Source of the DNA: Felis catus
Taxonomy: Eukaryota
Length of the DNA stretch: 64,000 bases
Assembly: GCF_018350175.1 (NCBI RefSeq)
Contig: NC_058368.1
Coordinates: forward strand, 2,790,001-2,854,000
Direction of reading: 5' to 3'
Below are positions 13,571 to 24,642 of the stretch, piece after piece. The notes under the pieces are model-generated. The model made no database searches and was not told the origin of the DNA. It saw nothing but the letters and a program-made list of their open reading frames with translations. Every line of letters starts with the position of its first letter. The first letter of the stretch is position 1. Both the position numbers and the translations under genes were made by a program.

Positions 13571-13691
13571 TTCACCATTTGCTTCTTAAGGATACTTTGC
13601 CTCATGGTTGACGATATTGTTAATGTCATTACTTTTTTCTTCAGGGCTGGCGTCTGTGCTGGGAGCTTGCATTTGTACGACTCAAGATGGA

Positions 13692-13897
13692 TTGTGGCTT
13701 TCAAACTTTGTTATGTGGAGCCTCAAAAGTCTCACAGGGGTCCCCCATAGCCTGGGCGTCTGACGGGCACAGGGCTTGGGCCCCATTAGCCCAGAGAAGC
13801 TCTGCTTGATCTCTTCATAGTTGAGGGCTTCTCTGTTTGACTTGATTTGGAGATAGGGCTCCTGGCTTCAACAAAACAAAGGGGTGAAAAACCCATG
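13692..13897 (+). mobile_element. hAT-Charlie relic (MER102-like)
   Basis: Starts 'gtggctttcaaactttgttatgtggagcc', has internal 'cagagaagctctgcttgatct', and ends 'gggctcc...tgaaaaacccatg'. Confidence 0.5.
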
Positions 13898-14306
13898 ATC
13901 TTGGTTACACTGACAAGCAGGCCGCAGGTCACATATGGATGTACCCTTTGCTACAGTCTTTGACTTGTTCCAATTCTTGTCCTCAGAGGCCAAAGAGATT
14001 TTGGTACTATTTCAGATAAATTTCTTGCTGCCCCAATCTCACGCGATATGCTCTTTGAAACTCTAGAATCAAATACTTCGGGTAGCATTGATGTCTGGCT
14101 ATCTAAAGCCAGGGACTGAATAGAGTTTTATTTATATATCAAGCAATACTCAACCTATGTGGTCACGGATACACAACCATACACACTCATGTATAAATAT
14201 AAATGACTTCTTCCTCTGACAGAGATCTGAGCCGAGAAAATATATAGATCAAAGGGAACTTTCTATGGTTCCTCACTTGTCACAATTTTTTTTTTACTGC
14301 CCTGGA

Positions 14307-14310
<4 letters not shown>

Positions 14311-14353
<43 letters not shown>

Positions 14354-14370
14354 TGTGTGTGTGTGTGTGT
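14311..14370. repeat. (TG)n microsatellite
   Basis: About 30 GT units with one interruption. Confidence 0.99.
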
Positions 14371-14609
14371 AAGTGTCTTCTTAGATTCCAGTGTAAAACA
14401 CTGGAATAAAAATACCATTGGAAACTTAAAGGTCTAGAAAGTATTGTGTCTGAATATTTCAGATTTGGCAGCTAAGAAAGCTGATCGATTTCCCATGCAA
14501 TTTCCCTCAAATTTAATTTGTTCAAAAGTTCGAAAGCATGGAATTTCCAGCTTACGGGATTGAGCAGAAGCAGACACAGCCCTAGTGCTTTAGAAAGGGT
14601 GTTGTGTCT

Positions 14610-14750
14610 GAAGATATTAAGATTCAAATTAGAATTCCTACACCTTCTAGTTGGTGACCTTTAGGGAGACACTTAATCTCTCCATACGTCAGTTTTCTTC
14701 TCTAGAGAATGAGGACAATAAAACCTTGCCCTGTTGGGATGTTGGGAAAA
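14610..14750 (+). mobile_element. MIR fragment
   Basis: 'gtgacctttagggagacacttaatctctccatacgtcagttttcttctctagagaatgaggacaata' resembles the MIR core. Confidence 0.65.
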
Positions 14751-14991
14751 GAAAATCGGACAGTAAATGATTGTCAACTACAGTGGTCTGGGAGGGCAAG
14801 GAATCGCTATTATCACTATTCCATGGTGTCTAATAGAGTACCAAGGACATGGGAGGTGCTCAAAAAATGTTGAATAAGCATTTGTTTTCTGTGTTTGTAT
14901 TACTACCAAAATGACTAACAAAAACGCGAGATGAGATTGGATTGAATTTTTCTACTCATTTTCTATTCCAATGTATTCCATGGTGTGGAGA

Positions 14992-14995
<4 letters not shown>

Positions 14996-15063
<68 letters not shown>
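14996..15063. repeat. Compound (CA)n(TA)n microsatellite
   Basis: A (CA) run directly followed by about 18 TA units. Confidence 0.99.
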
Positions 15064-15066
<3 letters not shown>

Positions 15067-16429
15067 TAATACCCTTGATAATGGTCTCCATCCTACATGG
15101 GACAAAGCAGAGAACTTGTGTACTGGGTCCTATTTTAATTAGCCTACATTTTAGTCCTAGTCTTTACAAGAAAAAGCTAATAGTAACATCTAAGACAAGA
15201 GCACTTGTTGAAGTACAGCCACACATGTACAAATCGTGCCATCTGGTTCAAGGATACAAGAACACCACAGGGCATGTCTTCTTGCAGTTTGTCAGAGAAT
15301 CACCCCCGACGCAGAGGCCAGTACATGGCCTGCCGAGCAGGGCAGTGGAGCATTGTGAATTTTGAAAAAGGAAACCGAATGCAGGGAGCTGGTGCCTCAG
15401 CTTTGGGCCCATCACTTGGTAACATTGAGTAAGTGCCAAAAATATCAAAGGCTTGTTTGAACTCTTCTGAAATCTCTCAGAAGGTCTTTATTGGCCCTTA
15501 TTACCTCTACTGGCTGTTCCAGTAGCCGTGGGAGGTTCCCCTGATTCAAAAAAGTGAAGCGAGATCCCCATAAGGAAGAGTGGTGTTCTCAACCAGGCGC
15601 CATTTTCAGGGGTAATGTCCCAAGTAGCGGTGGAGAGGCCGCAGAAAGGCCCTATGAAGGCAGGTTACTGAGTCTCCTGGAGGACCTGCCTTTTTTGGAG
15701 AAGGGAGGCTTATAAAAATTTCATAGAAAAGCTTGGCCGTTCCTTCATCCCCAAGAGACTTCTCCAAGTATTGGCAAATATGTCAGAACAAACTGACTTG
15801 TAAAGATGACTGTCTGTCATTATGCATTCCACGGATGAACTCTTCGCTGCTGTCAGAGCCAAGGCAGAAGAGAAAATGAAATGACAGGCTCCTGGACGGG
15901 AGACACCGGTGTCCAGAATAAGTATTGACTGCAGCCCTGCACATCATCTCTTTTGATCTGTCTTTGCCAAACTCTGAATAGCTTTGATTGGATGTCAACA
16001 AAGTCAAGAAGCTTACCATTAAAACCCTCTTCCCCCCTCATAAGAAACCCCAAAACCTTTCTTTCCTGGTGAAATTACTTTAGAAAATGAAGTTTTCTTC
16101 AGTTCCCTGGGTAAAATAAACCTCTTGATTTTGTCTCCTGTGGCCCATGTCCCCTCACCTGTGTCAGGAGGGGGATAAAGAAGTAGAAGGAGCCACTGGG
16201 ATTTCACTTTGACCTCCCATGCCACCCCTACTCTCCATTTGAGTCATCCCTTTGGCAACATTTCAAGAGAGCAAAGGACTGCTAGTTATGAGCATCTGAG
16301 AATATTGTAGAAAAGTCTAGCCCCAGAGGACACTTAGAGAGAAGCCGTAGAACTGAGAAATGGGGCTTTTAGTTCTGATCTGTCATTCAGTCATGATGAA
16401 TCTTTTGGTTGACAAAAGTCAGAACTCAA

Positions 16430-16630
16430 CTGTATTGACAAATTACTATTTGTCAGGTACTTTACATGTATTTTCTTATTTTATTGCCATAAGATACCCA
16501 TGAGGAGAGGAGTTTCAAACTTATTTTGCAAAGAAAGAAACTAAGATTCAGAGTGAGTATGTGAGTTATTAATAGTTAACATCAGTAGTACGTGAAGAGA
16601 AAGAAAACTAGGAAATTAAATTGAATCTCA
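16430..16630 (-). mobile_element. MIR fragment
   Basis: 'gtcaggtactttacatgtatt...ttattttgcaaagaaagaaactaagattcagag' is an antisense MIR core. Confidence 0.65.
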
Positions 16631-16784
16631 AGATGAAAACGATAGTTTAACCCATGAAACCCCATCTGTCATCGCCCAGGTAAGGGGTCCAGGGACCACT
16701 TCCCTGTGGGGGTTGGGGAGTGGGCATGGTTTCAGAGAAAGCCCTTATGATCCAACCCAGAAGAATGGCTTGGAATCTGGATAG

Positions 16785-16996
16785 GGCAGGAAACCTCTTG
16801 GTGGATTGGTTACCCCGGATACTTTGGACAATGCATGGAGACATCTTTGACTGTCACAAGTTGAGTAGACCTTAATGTCATCTAGAGAGTAAAGGCCAGG
16901 AATGCCAGTAAACATCCTGCAATGCACAGCACAGCCCTCCCACCAAAGAACTATCAGGACTAAAATGTCAATAGTGCCAAGGTCAACAAATCTTGC
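16785..16996 (+). mobile_element. MER20 hAT-Charlie element
   Basis: 'ggagacatctttgactgtcacaag...ggccaggaatgccagtaaacatcctgcaatgcacagcacagccctcccaccaaagaactatc...aaaatgtcaatagtgccaagg'. Confidence 0.92.
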
Positions 16997-17479
16997 TTAG
17001 ATAATCTTGTTTAATCGATGGGATTCCATAGGTTAATTTATGGAATTCAGGTGGCGGAAGATTAAAAGAATCTGAAAAAGTAGGGCTTTTGCTGATAGTT
17101 TGGGTCTATGGAAGATGATCACTTTTCTACATTATGAACAGGCACCCTTCACCTGCCTTACTTTCAGTGGTTCTCATGAATGTAGACTGGACTGGATGGA
17201 CAGACTGGAGGCCAGTTGGCTTTGGTGCAGGAAACTACTTACTTAGAATAAGGCCGTGGAAGCGAGAGCCTGAGAAGAATGATGAGACACTGGTTTTGGA
17301 ACATAAGATTCCTATTGGCCACCCACCATTTTGGAAGACCCGGCCTTGAGGTCTTAGAGTCAAGAGCTACATTCCATTCCATTTCTTGTTTCCCGATTAT
17401 GCTAAAACCACCTTCTGGCTCAAGGAGTGCTTTTCTGTGCACAGAATGGGCTCAGCTCATGACCACCATTAGCTTTAGC

Positions 17480-18077
17480 ATTTACTATCTGCTCTGGAAT
17501 ATCATTTTCCCCAAGTGTTTTCAATGCTTGTTCCCACACAGCATATGAGTTTCATGCTTAAAAGTCACCTTTTCAGGAAATCCATCCTGATCTTAAATAG
17601 TCTTCACCCCCTTTATACCTTCTATTCTTTCAAATTGTATTATTTTTAATTTTTACAGCTTTTGGAGACTTGAAATTGTTCTTTACTTGTTTACCTGTTT
17701 GCCTGCCTCTCTCACTAGAATTTAAGCTTCATGAGAGCAAAGATTTGCTTGCCTTCATCATTGCTTTCTTAACTTTAAAAAAAAATATTTATTTATTTTT
17801 GAGAGACAGAGAGAGACAGTGTATGAATGGGGGAGGGGCAGAGAGACAGCGGGAGACACAGAATCTGAAGCAGGCTCCAGACTCTGAGCTGTCAGCACAG
17901 AACCCGATGCGGGGCTCGAACCCACGAACTGTGAGATCATGACCCGAGCCGAAGTTGGCTGCTTAACTGACTGAGCCACCCAGGCGCCACCCACCCCCCC
18001 ATCATTGCTTTATTCTGCACGGCAGTGCCTTGATCAGTATTTGAGAAGTTTTTTTTTCAAATGAAAGAATGAATGCA

Positions 18078-18078
<1 letters not shown>
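17480..18078 (+). mobile_element. L2 3' portion split by a Can-SINE
   Basis: 'aaaagtcaccttttcaggaa', 'ctctcactagaatttaagcttcatgagagcaaagat', terminal 'gaatgaatg'. Confidence 0.7.
17768..17999 (-). mobile_element. Can-SINE with TSD
   Basis: Full body; TSD catcattgcttt at 17756-17767 and 18000-18011. Confidence 0.97.

Positions 18079-18079
<1 letters not shown>

Positions 18080-18121
<42 letters not shown>
18080..18121. repeat. (TG)n microsatellite
   Basis: About 21 perfect TG units. Confidence 0.99.
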
Positions 18122-18122
<1 letters not shown>

Positions 18123-19289
18123 CTGGGCACCACGTGTAAGACTACTGAGTGGCACAATTCCAGAGCCCAGGAGACCTGGACACGGTGAGCAAAGTCTTGA
18201 AAGATTACTTGTTACCTGAAGTCATGGGACTCTTGTAGGGATTTGCCACGTAAGGATGACAAGTTTTTCCTAAGAGTGGAGAGTAATGACCAAGTTATGA
18301 AGGCAACACAGAGCAAGCAGCCTTTGTTTAATCTACTGTGAGCTCTGGACTAGGAAGCCTTGTATTTGGAGTTTAACAAAACTCCACTCGGACCATCTGT
18401 TTCAGGAACAATAAATAAACAGAAAATATAAATTTAAAAATAATGAGGAAGACAGTACATTGGGCAATCGGTTACCCATTTAGGAAAGACAGAGTGATAG
18501 CAATGTTATGCTCAAAGTATCTCAGTTATTCCTAATTGATCAAAATACCCTGATGTTTATAGCAAACGAGAGAGTGACTCAGAATGAAATGAAGTCAGCG
18601 AAATGCCAGAAGTTTTTACATCCAAAACAGAGACATGGCCCATATGTTCAGAAATACTTTTGTCCTTAGGAAATGTTTATGAAAAAAATGGATAGGCATT
18701 TCCTCAAAAAAAGAGGCTCAACTGATAGTAATACGATTCAGATAACAGAAGCATTTTTTTCCATTAAGATCACTTTCCCTCTTATTTGCGAATTGCCCCA
18801 CCGTCGTGTTTGAGAAAGCAGTCAGAGAGCAAATGCAAAAAGTTGCATTAATGGCAAATTCATCTTACATGCAAACACGTCAAAAAAGCCGAGAGATTTT
18901 CGGAAAGTTTTTCGTGGTGTCATCCGGATACTGTGTTTGGTAAGCAAGCATGATAAATGATTAACAGCGCCATTGTCTCATCATGTACTAAACATATACA
19001 CAAATATTTATAAACATTTGTAGATCGACAGTCTGTGCTCCACATAATCCCATGCAATTATATTGGTACATATGATGATTGCATCCTTTTTTCAAAGTAA
19101 GAAAATGATCAAGGAGTAGAAAGTATGGTATGTCTAAGACGAAGAAAGGCAAATGATTGGTGCTCTGTGGAGCCTTGTGTGACACGGGGCAGGGACTGCC
19201 AGTTGCCTAGGAGAGCAGGCCCAGGACCCCTCAGTTAGAAAGTGTCAGGTCCTGTCTTATGAAACCATTTCAGTGAAATGTCTTCTCAG

Positions 19290-19428
19290 CAGGGTGATCA
19301 TACATTTTATCATCAAGATGAGGAACTTTTGAGAGTAAAAGAGGGATTTATGGGTAATTATGCTGGGGTAACTGGTGCGCATCGGGACTATTCCTGCATG
19401 CTTCTGTCTGTCACGGTATGGCGTTCCT
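19290..19428 (+). mobile_element. MER94-like hAT-Blackjack element
   Basis: 'agggtgatcatacattttatcatcaagatgaggaacttttgagagtaaaagaggg...taattatgctgggg...cgggact' matches the remembered consensus (agggtgaccatataatttatcgtccaaaccgggacacttttgagagtg). Confidence 0.75.
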
Positions 19429-19444
19429 GTCGTGTATGTCTCAT

Positions 19445-19952
19445 TGCTGGGAAGCTAAAGGGACCCCATCGTGGCTCCCGTTGAGTCCCACCTGCTTGTG
19501 ACATTCCTTCTCCTTGCACGTAGGTTGGACCTAAAGACTCGCTTCTTACCAATCGAATACAGAAAAGTGATGGGATGTCACTTCTTAGATTAAGTCAAAA
19601 AGTGACCATGACTTTCATCTCTCTCTTCCTCTTGGATTCCTTGCTCTGGGGAAGCAAGCTTCTGTGTTGTGAACTGCCTTATGGGGAAGCTTATGAGGCA
19701 AGGAGCTGATGTCTCTGGCCAGCGGCCACCCGGGTGAGCTCGAACGCCGTCCTCCACTAGTTGAACCTCCAGATGACTATAGCTTCGGCCAATACAGCGT
19801 CATGAAAGACCCTGAGCCCAAGGACCCAGCTACATCCTGCCAGATAGCTGATCTTCAGAGACCGTGAGCTAATGAATGGTTCTTTTTTTTTTTTTTTTTT
19901 AAGTCCCTAAGTTTTGGAGTAATTTGTTACATAGCAAGAGATAGCTAAGACG
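19445..19952 (+). mobile_element. MaLR solo LTR (MLT1F-like)
   Basis: 'gaaaagtgatgggatgtcacttc', 'gctctggggaagcaagct', 'agaccctgagcccaaggacccagcta', and end 'taagttttggagtaatttgttacatagcaagagatagctaagac'. Confidence 0.9.
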
Positions 19953-21199
19953 GAGAATTTTAAATGTGCTATACTAATAAATTCATTTCCGAGGGTCCTG
20001 GCCAAGATCTTCGACCACCGGCACAGCACAGGTACCAAATAATGAGAAGGGACGCGTGCTGGCTCACTGTCTGGATGTAGGGCAGTGAATATCAACCTTG
20101 CTGTGACCCTAGTTCTGTGGACACCTTTCTCCCTGAGTGAAAGCCTCCTGGGGGTAAGGGAGAGCGTAAGGTGGATCTCAGCCTGGGATTGCCAACTCCA
20201 GTGTCTACAGGAATCAGGTAGGTAACGTGAGGGAATAAGTGGGCCACACTTGGTGCCAGGGTCGGGGAGGAGGGCAAGGAGGGCAGTGGGAAGGCCAGCC
20301 CATTCAAAGGAAGAGTTTCCTGGGCTGAGTTGCCACAGACTTTTTTTTTTTAAGTTATTTTTCTCCCCCACATTGTATTGGCTAGTGCAGTGGTTTGTGA
20401 AAAATACGTGGACAGTTGAACGTTGGGAAACGTCACGTGGAAACCTGACGTTTCCAGCCTCTGATGAAAGATCGGAAGATTGGTAGTCACAGGGGCCACC
20501 CATCACTTCTGCGTGGCTGGGACTGGCCGAGACCTACAAGGCAGTGCCTTGTCCTGCGAGAAAACAGCAGCGACTCCCTTCCCGTTGGGCTGGCTGTGGC
20601 GGTCCTGGCTGCCGTGACTTCTCTTTGCTCCCCGTGCCCCCCACCCCTTCTTCCCCTGTGTCAAGAACTAGGGTTTTTTTTATTGGGTTCCAAACGGCGG
20701 CCAGGTCTGTGGATGGCACCATCTCAGGATATTGGAATGAGTTTGCAGTTTGGGGTCAGGGGGGCTGCCTTTTTTATTGGTGGTTCCAGTGGAGAACAGG
20801 CACGTGTGGGTCCTGCAGATAGGTTGATTGAGGCCAGACGAGCTTGTAGTGACTCTGGGAGTTAAGTCCTCCTTGATGTGTTCACATTTCTGCATCACTT
20901 GAAGGTAAATAGGAGCCGAGTCAGTTTCTCTACACGCCCTTCAATGTTCTGTTCTCTGACCATCACCTCCTTAAATTCAATTGAATTTAGACTTTTAGAA
21001 AATGTGAAAACAAAGAAAATCAAAGGAAATTGCATCCCACATTATCAATCTGTGGCCTTCCAGGTATTCTGAAATAGATTTTTTTTTTAAGCCAAGACAC
21101 GTAGAATTTGACACAATATTTATGGTGAAGTGGCCTCAAGATTATTTGAAGTTAACATGGCAGGATGATGAATTAAGAAGAAAAAGAATGTAACACATT

Positions 21200-21283
21200 T
21201 CTTTCTCTCTTTCTCTTCCCCTTCTCTCTCTCTCTCTCTCTCTCTCTCGTTTTCTCTTTTTTTTTCTTTCCTTCCTTCTCTTT
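21200..21283. repeat. Polypyrimidine / (CT)n tract
   Basis: About 80 bp of almost only C/T. Confidence 0.9.
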
Positions 21284-22619
21284 TAGCTCCTGAGATTGTG
21301 AAACTGTGGCATTGGGTTTTTTCTCCCCAAGAGGTGCTCTCGAGAAGGATTTAGACCGAACATCAGGGTTCTATTATAAGTGGCTGGCTTTCCACCATGT
21401 GGAAAGACTGAAATTGAATTTATTTTTGTATGCTGTATGCCTGATGTGTTTAAAGGGTCTCCAGGTGAACGCATGAAATGACAACAATTAAATGAGATCC
21501 AACTGAAAAAGTAGAAGCTGAAAGAATAGAAACCAGAGCTTGGGAAGGAGCCCAACGCGACTTGCCCATCAGGATTGAAGAGGGGGGATCAGGGCTTATG
21601 GTGTCACCGCCCAGAAGGGAAAGCTCCTGGTGCGGAGACCCTCTGTCCTAGTATTCACAAATGTGGGCCCTGCAAGATGCCACACAGATGCTTCACCTTC
21701 ACTTCCTCCCTAAGCAGATGAAGAAACAGTGCCCGGGAGGGCATGTTGGCCGCAGGTTGGACCTAGAACTCAGACCACCGTATTGTCAGCAACGTGGCAG
21801 ATGCTGGAGGTAGAGGTTCAAGTCTCCGTATTGTCAGTGATACTCACGGCGTGACCTGGCAAGACGTGGGCCAAGCTTCTGCTCCTGCATTAGTGGAAAG
21901 GAGGGTGATGCTCATTCTTACTGCATAGGGTGGTTTCTCAGGACTGCATAGGGGGTTATCGGGCCCGGGCCAGAGGGAATCCTCATCAGTGCTATTGCTT
22001 GAGAATTTGCGCAGGGGGTTAGCTGAAGATCGACAGATTGGAGACCGGGAGCCACCTTTTCTAACTCTGCATCCAACACTCTTTCTCCGAGGTCAAGTTC
22101 CCTGGAAGGAGAGAAGGCAGCGATTTCAGCATCTGAAGGAACGTAGCCCCCATCCTCAGCCGTGCCCCAGGATGTCCTCAGCTGTGTCATAGGGGCCACG
22201 GGGGAGACACCAAGTTGTCCCCAACAGATACTACTTTGGCAGTAGGGACTGCCGACAGGTTGCTTTGAAAGGCCACCTGGCGGGGCTTGCGGCTCTGGGT
22301 TCTCGGGGCTCGCTGACTCAGTTTCAGGTGAACCTCGAGAGTTCAGTTCTGTGGAGGGACCTAGAGAAGAACAACAAATCACTGTAGTAGCTGAGCGGCC
22401 ATTAAAGCCGTAATCGGAATCGATCAGAGAAAAACAGGATCCCCATGCAGGTGAGTCCTCTGGGTCGAGAACACAAGGACGAGTTCTTGGTCAGAGTCAG
22501 CCACGCACCCTTCCTGGGGGTGGGGCTCTCCCCAAATCAACACACTTTCCATTTCAGCCCTTACAGGTGTCTGAAGGGACCGCAGGAGACAGCAGCAACT
22601 GGCATGTGTCTCCGAGCGG

Positions 22620-22830
22620 TCACTCCTGGGTTACAGCCCGTGGCTGTCGTGAACTGGCTAAGAGAACAAGGACGATGATTTCACCTGTCTGAGCCTCGCT
22701 TGACTCTTCGGTAAATTGGGGGAGATAATTGGACCCCGTCATAGGTTTGCTGTGAGGACGGAGGGCAATGATGCATGGAAAATCCTGTACGTAGAGCACG
22801 GTGCCTGGCAGGGCAGCATCGGCAGTAAGC
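22620..22830 (+). mobile_element. MIR
   Basis: 'ttcacctgtctgagcctcg...gtaaattgggggagataat...cataggtttgctgtgaggac...agagcacggtgcctggca'. Confidence 0.75.
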
Positions 22831-24200
22831 GAGAACCAGACGTGCGTTTGGACGTTTCTCTGTGGGGCTCACGACTCGCGAGGTTACGCCAGGGGAAGGC
22901 GGGGGAGAGCCTTTCCTTCCCACGTTTGGATCGGGAAAGTTTTTCTGACCGTCGTCGTCCGTCCCAAGGGGAGGGCGCGAGCCCCTCCCCCAGGGGTCTG
23001 AGCCCAGCGGTGTGGCGATGCTGGCCGTTCCCACAGCCCCACGACCACCACGGCCTTCCCGGCGTAGCCTCCTAACTCTGTTCAGTCTAAAGGGAGGAGA
23101 ATTATCAGAAATGCTGTTGTTGCTCTTTTCTCACATCCTGCAAGGGGCGTAGGGAGTGGCCGGGGGCACTGGAGGCACAAGGGAAGGGAGGGACAAGTGC
23201 TAACCCACGTGACCCCCCGCCGGGTCTGCCTGGGCATCTGATGAGCGTAAACAGAGGGGGCCTGCCCCTCGTGTCCGTGCGGCGATGTAGAACCCGTGCA
23301 GGTTTCTGGGTAAGTTGCTCCCTAGATATCTAAGGTTTTCAACGACCTGTACCAGGCTGCAGCCCAGGACAGACTTGCATCCCTGCACCAACCGTTTCCT
23401 GCTCCCGCCCAGCTGATCCCCCGACAGGCTGGCGACCGTTGGTCACCCCGCTTCACCTACGCCAACAGCGAGGCGTCGTTTGTGTCTCTGCTGGAGTTTG
23501 CCTCCTGCCACTTTCACACCTGGCCGCTCTTCACTCTTTCTTCAACACCCACCGCTGGGAGACGCCTGGGGCCCACGCTCACTCGTGCCATGGCCCCATC
23601 GCCCACTTGCGCCCGATCGTCTCTCCCACTCTCCCGGGTTCTTGAGGGCCAACCCCGCACCTTTTGCAGTGGCGCCCCCCGCCTGCCTGGCATGGTTGTT
23701 GGAACCCAAGAACGAAGGAAGAGCGAGTGAATATTCTTATGCCACCGGCGCCCTGGCTCTTGGCAGGGCTCTGGCCCTGTGCCCTTCAGTCATCGCTTAA
23801 TTGCCTCGTCTTGTAGTAAAACCGTCCCTTCTGGTTTGGCCACGTGATCCAGCTGGCTCACAAACTTCTGCCGGTTTCGTGGCTGGCCCTCGGTTTCACT
23901 GGTCGATATCTGATTTGCCACCTCTCCCCCGCGTCGAGAACGGTAACTGGCATTTGTCTGTCGACCTGAGCTCCTTACAGGCGCTGGCTGCGTTTGAGCC
24001 TCGCAGCTACCTCCAACGTCTGCAGGGCAAGCATTTTAGGCATTTTACGCATGTGAACACCGAGGCTCCCAGAAGTTGGGAGCGGACTCGAGGTCAAGTT
24101 GTTCGGGTGGGGGAGCAAGTAGAATGGTCTTAAGCAAGTTCTGAAATCGCATCTGTGGCGAACTCCGCAAGTGCTGGCCGGCTGGGACTTAGTACCCTCT
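22800..24200. promoter_or_regulatory. CpG-island-like region
   Basis: GC-rich; hand count gives about 25 CpG in 22801-23100, and CpG density stays high to about 24.2 kb; no associated gene seen. Confidence 0.55.
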
Positions 24201-24594
24201 CGAGTGGCTTGCTTGGGCAGTTATAGCGCATTCAGCCATGGAGCCGGGGCTGGGAACTTTGCACCCCACGGCACCCCCGAGGCCATCACACTCTCCTGGT
24301 GGGTAATTTGTTAGAACTGCTGTTGCCCCTTTAATAGCTGCAGTTCCTGACTCCACACCGGGCTTCCTTTCATGTCTGTCCTCATCTATTACAAATGTCT
24401 CCAGGACAACAGCTTATAGTGGATGGCAGAGTGATTTTAATGGCTAATTGAAAAATCATGGGCTTTTAAAGCTCAGAAAGGCTTTCAAAAAGATTGATGA
24501 TGGCCCATGGTTGTGGTTTACCTTCTGCAGCTCTGTATGTGACTCTGTCTTCCCTGAGGATATAAAGTGGGCCGGTCACCCTCCATTGGCTGGC

Positions 24595-24642
24595 CTCTCT
24601 CTCTCTTTCTCTCTCTGTCTCTCTTTCTCTCTCTCTGTCTTC
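24595..24642. repeat. (CT)n imperfect microsatellite
   Basis: Direct inspection. Confidence 0.9.

Noticed and set aside
19907..20506. 199-aa minus-strand ORF
   Set aside because: Runs into the MLT1 LTR end; no domain or coding signature
21778..21837. 12-bp direct repeat ccgtattgtcag (and 11-bp atctagacact x2 at 47145-47171)
   Set aside because: Short, no insert recognised between the copies, and compatible with chance or trivial slippage
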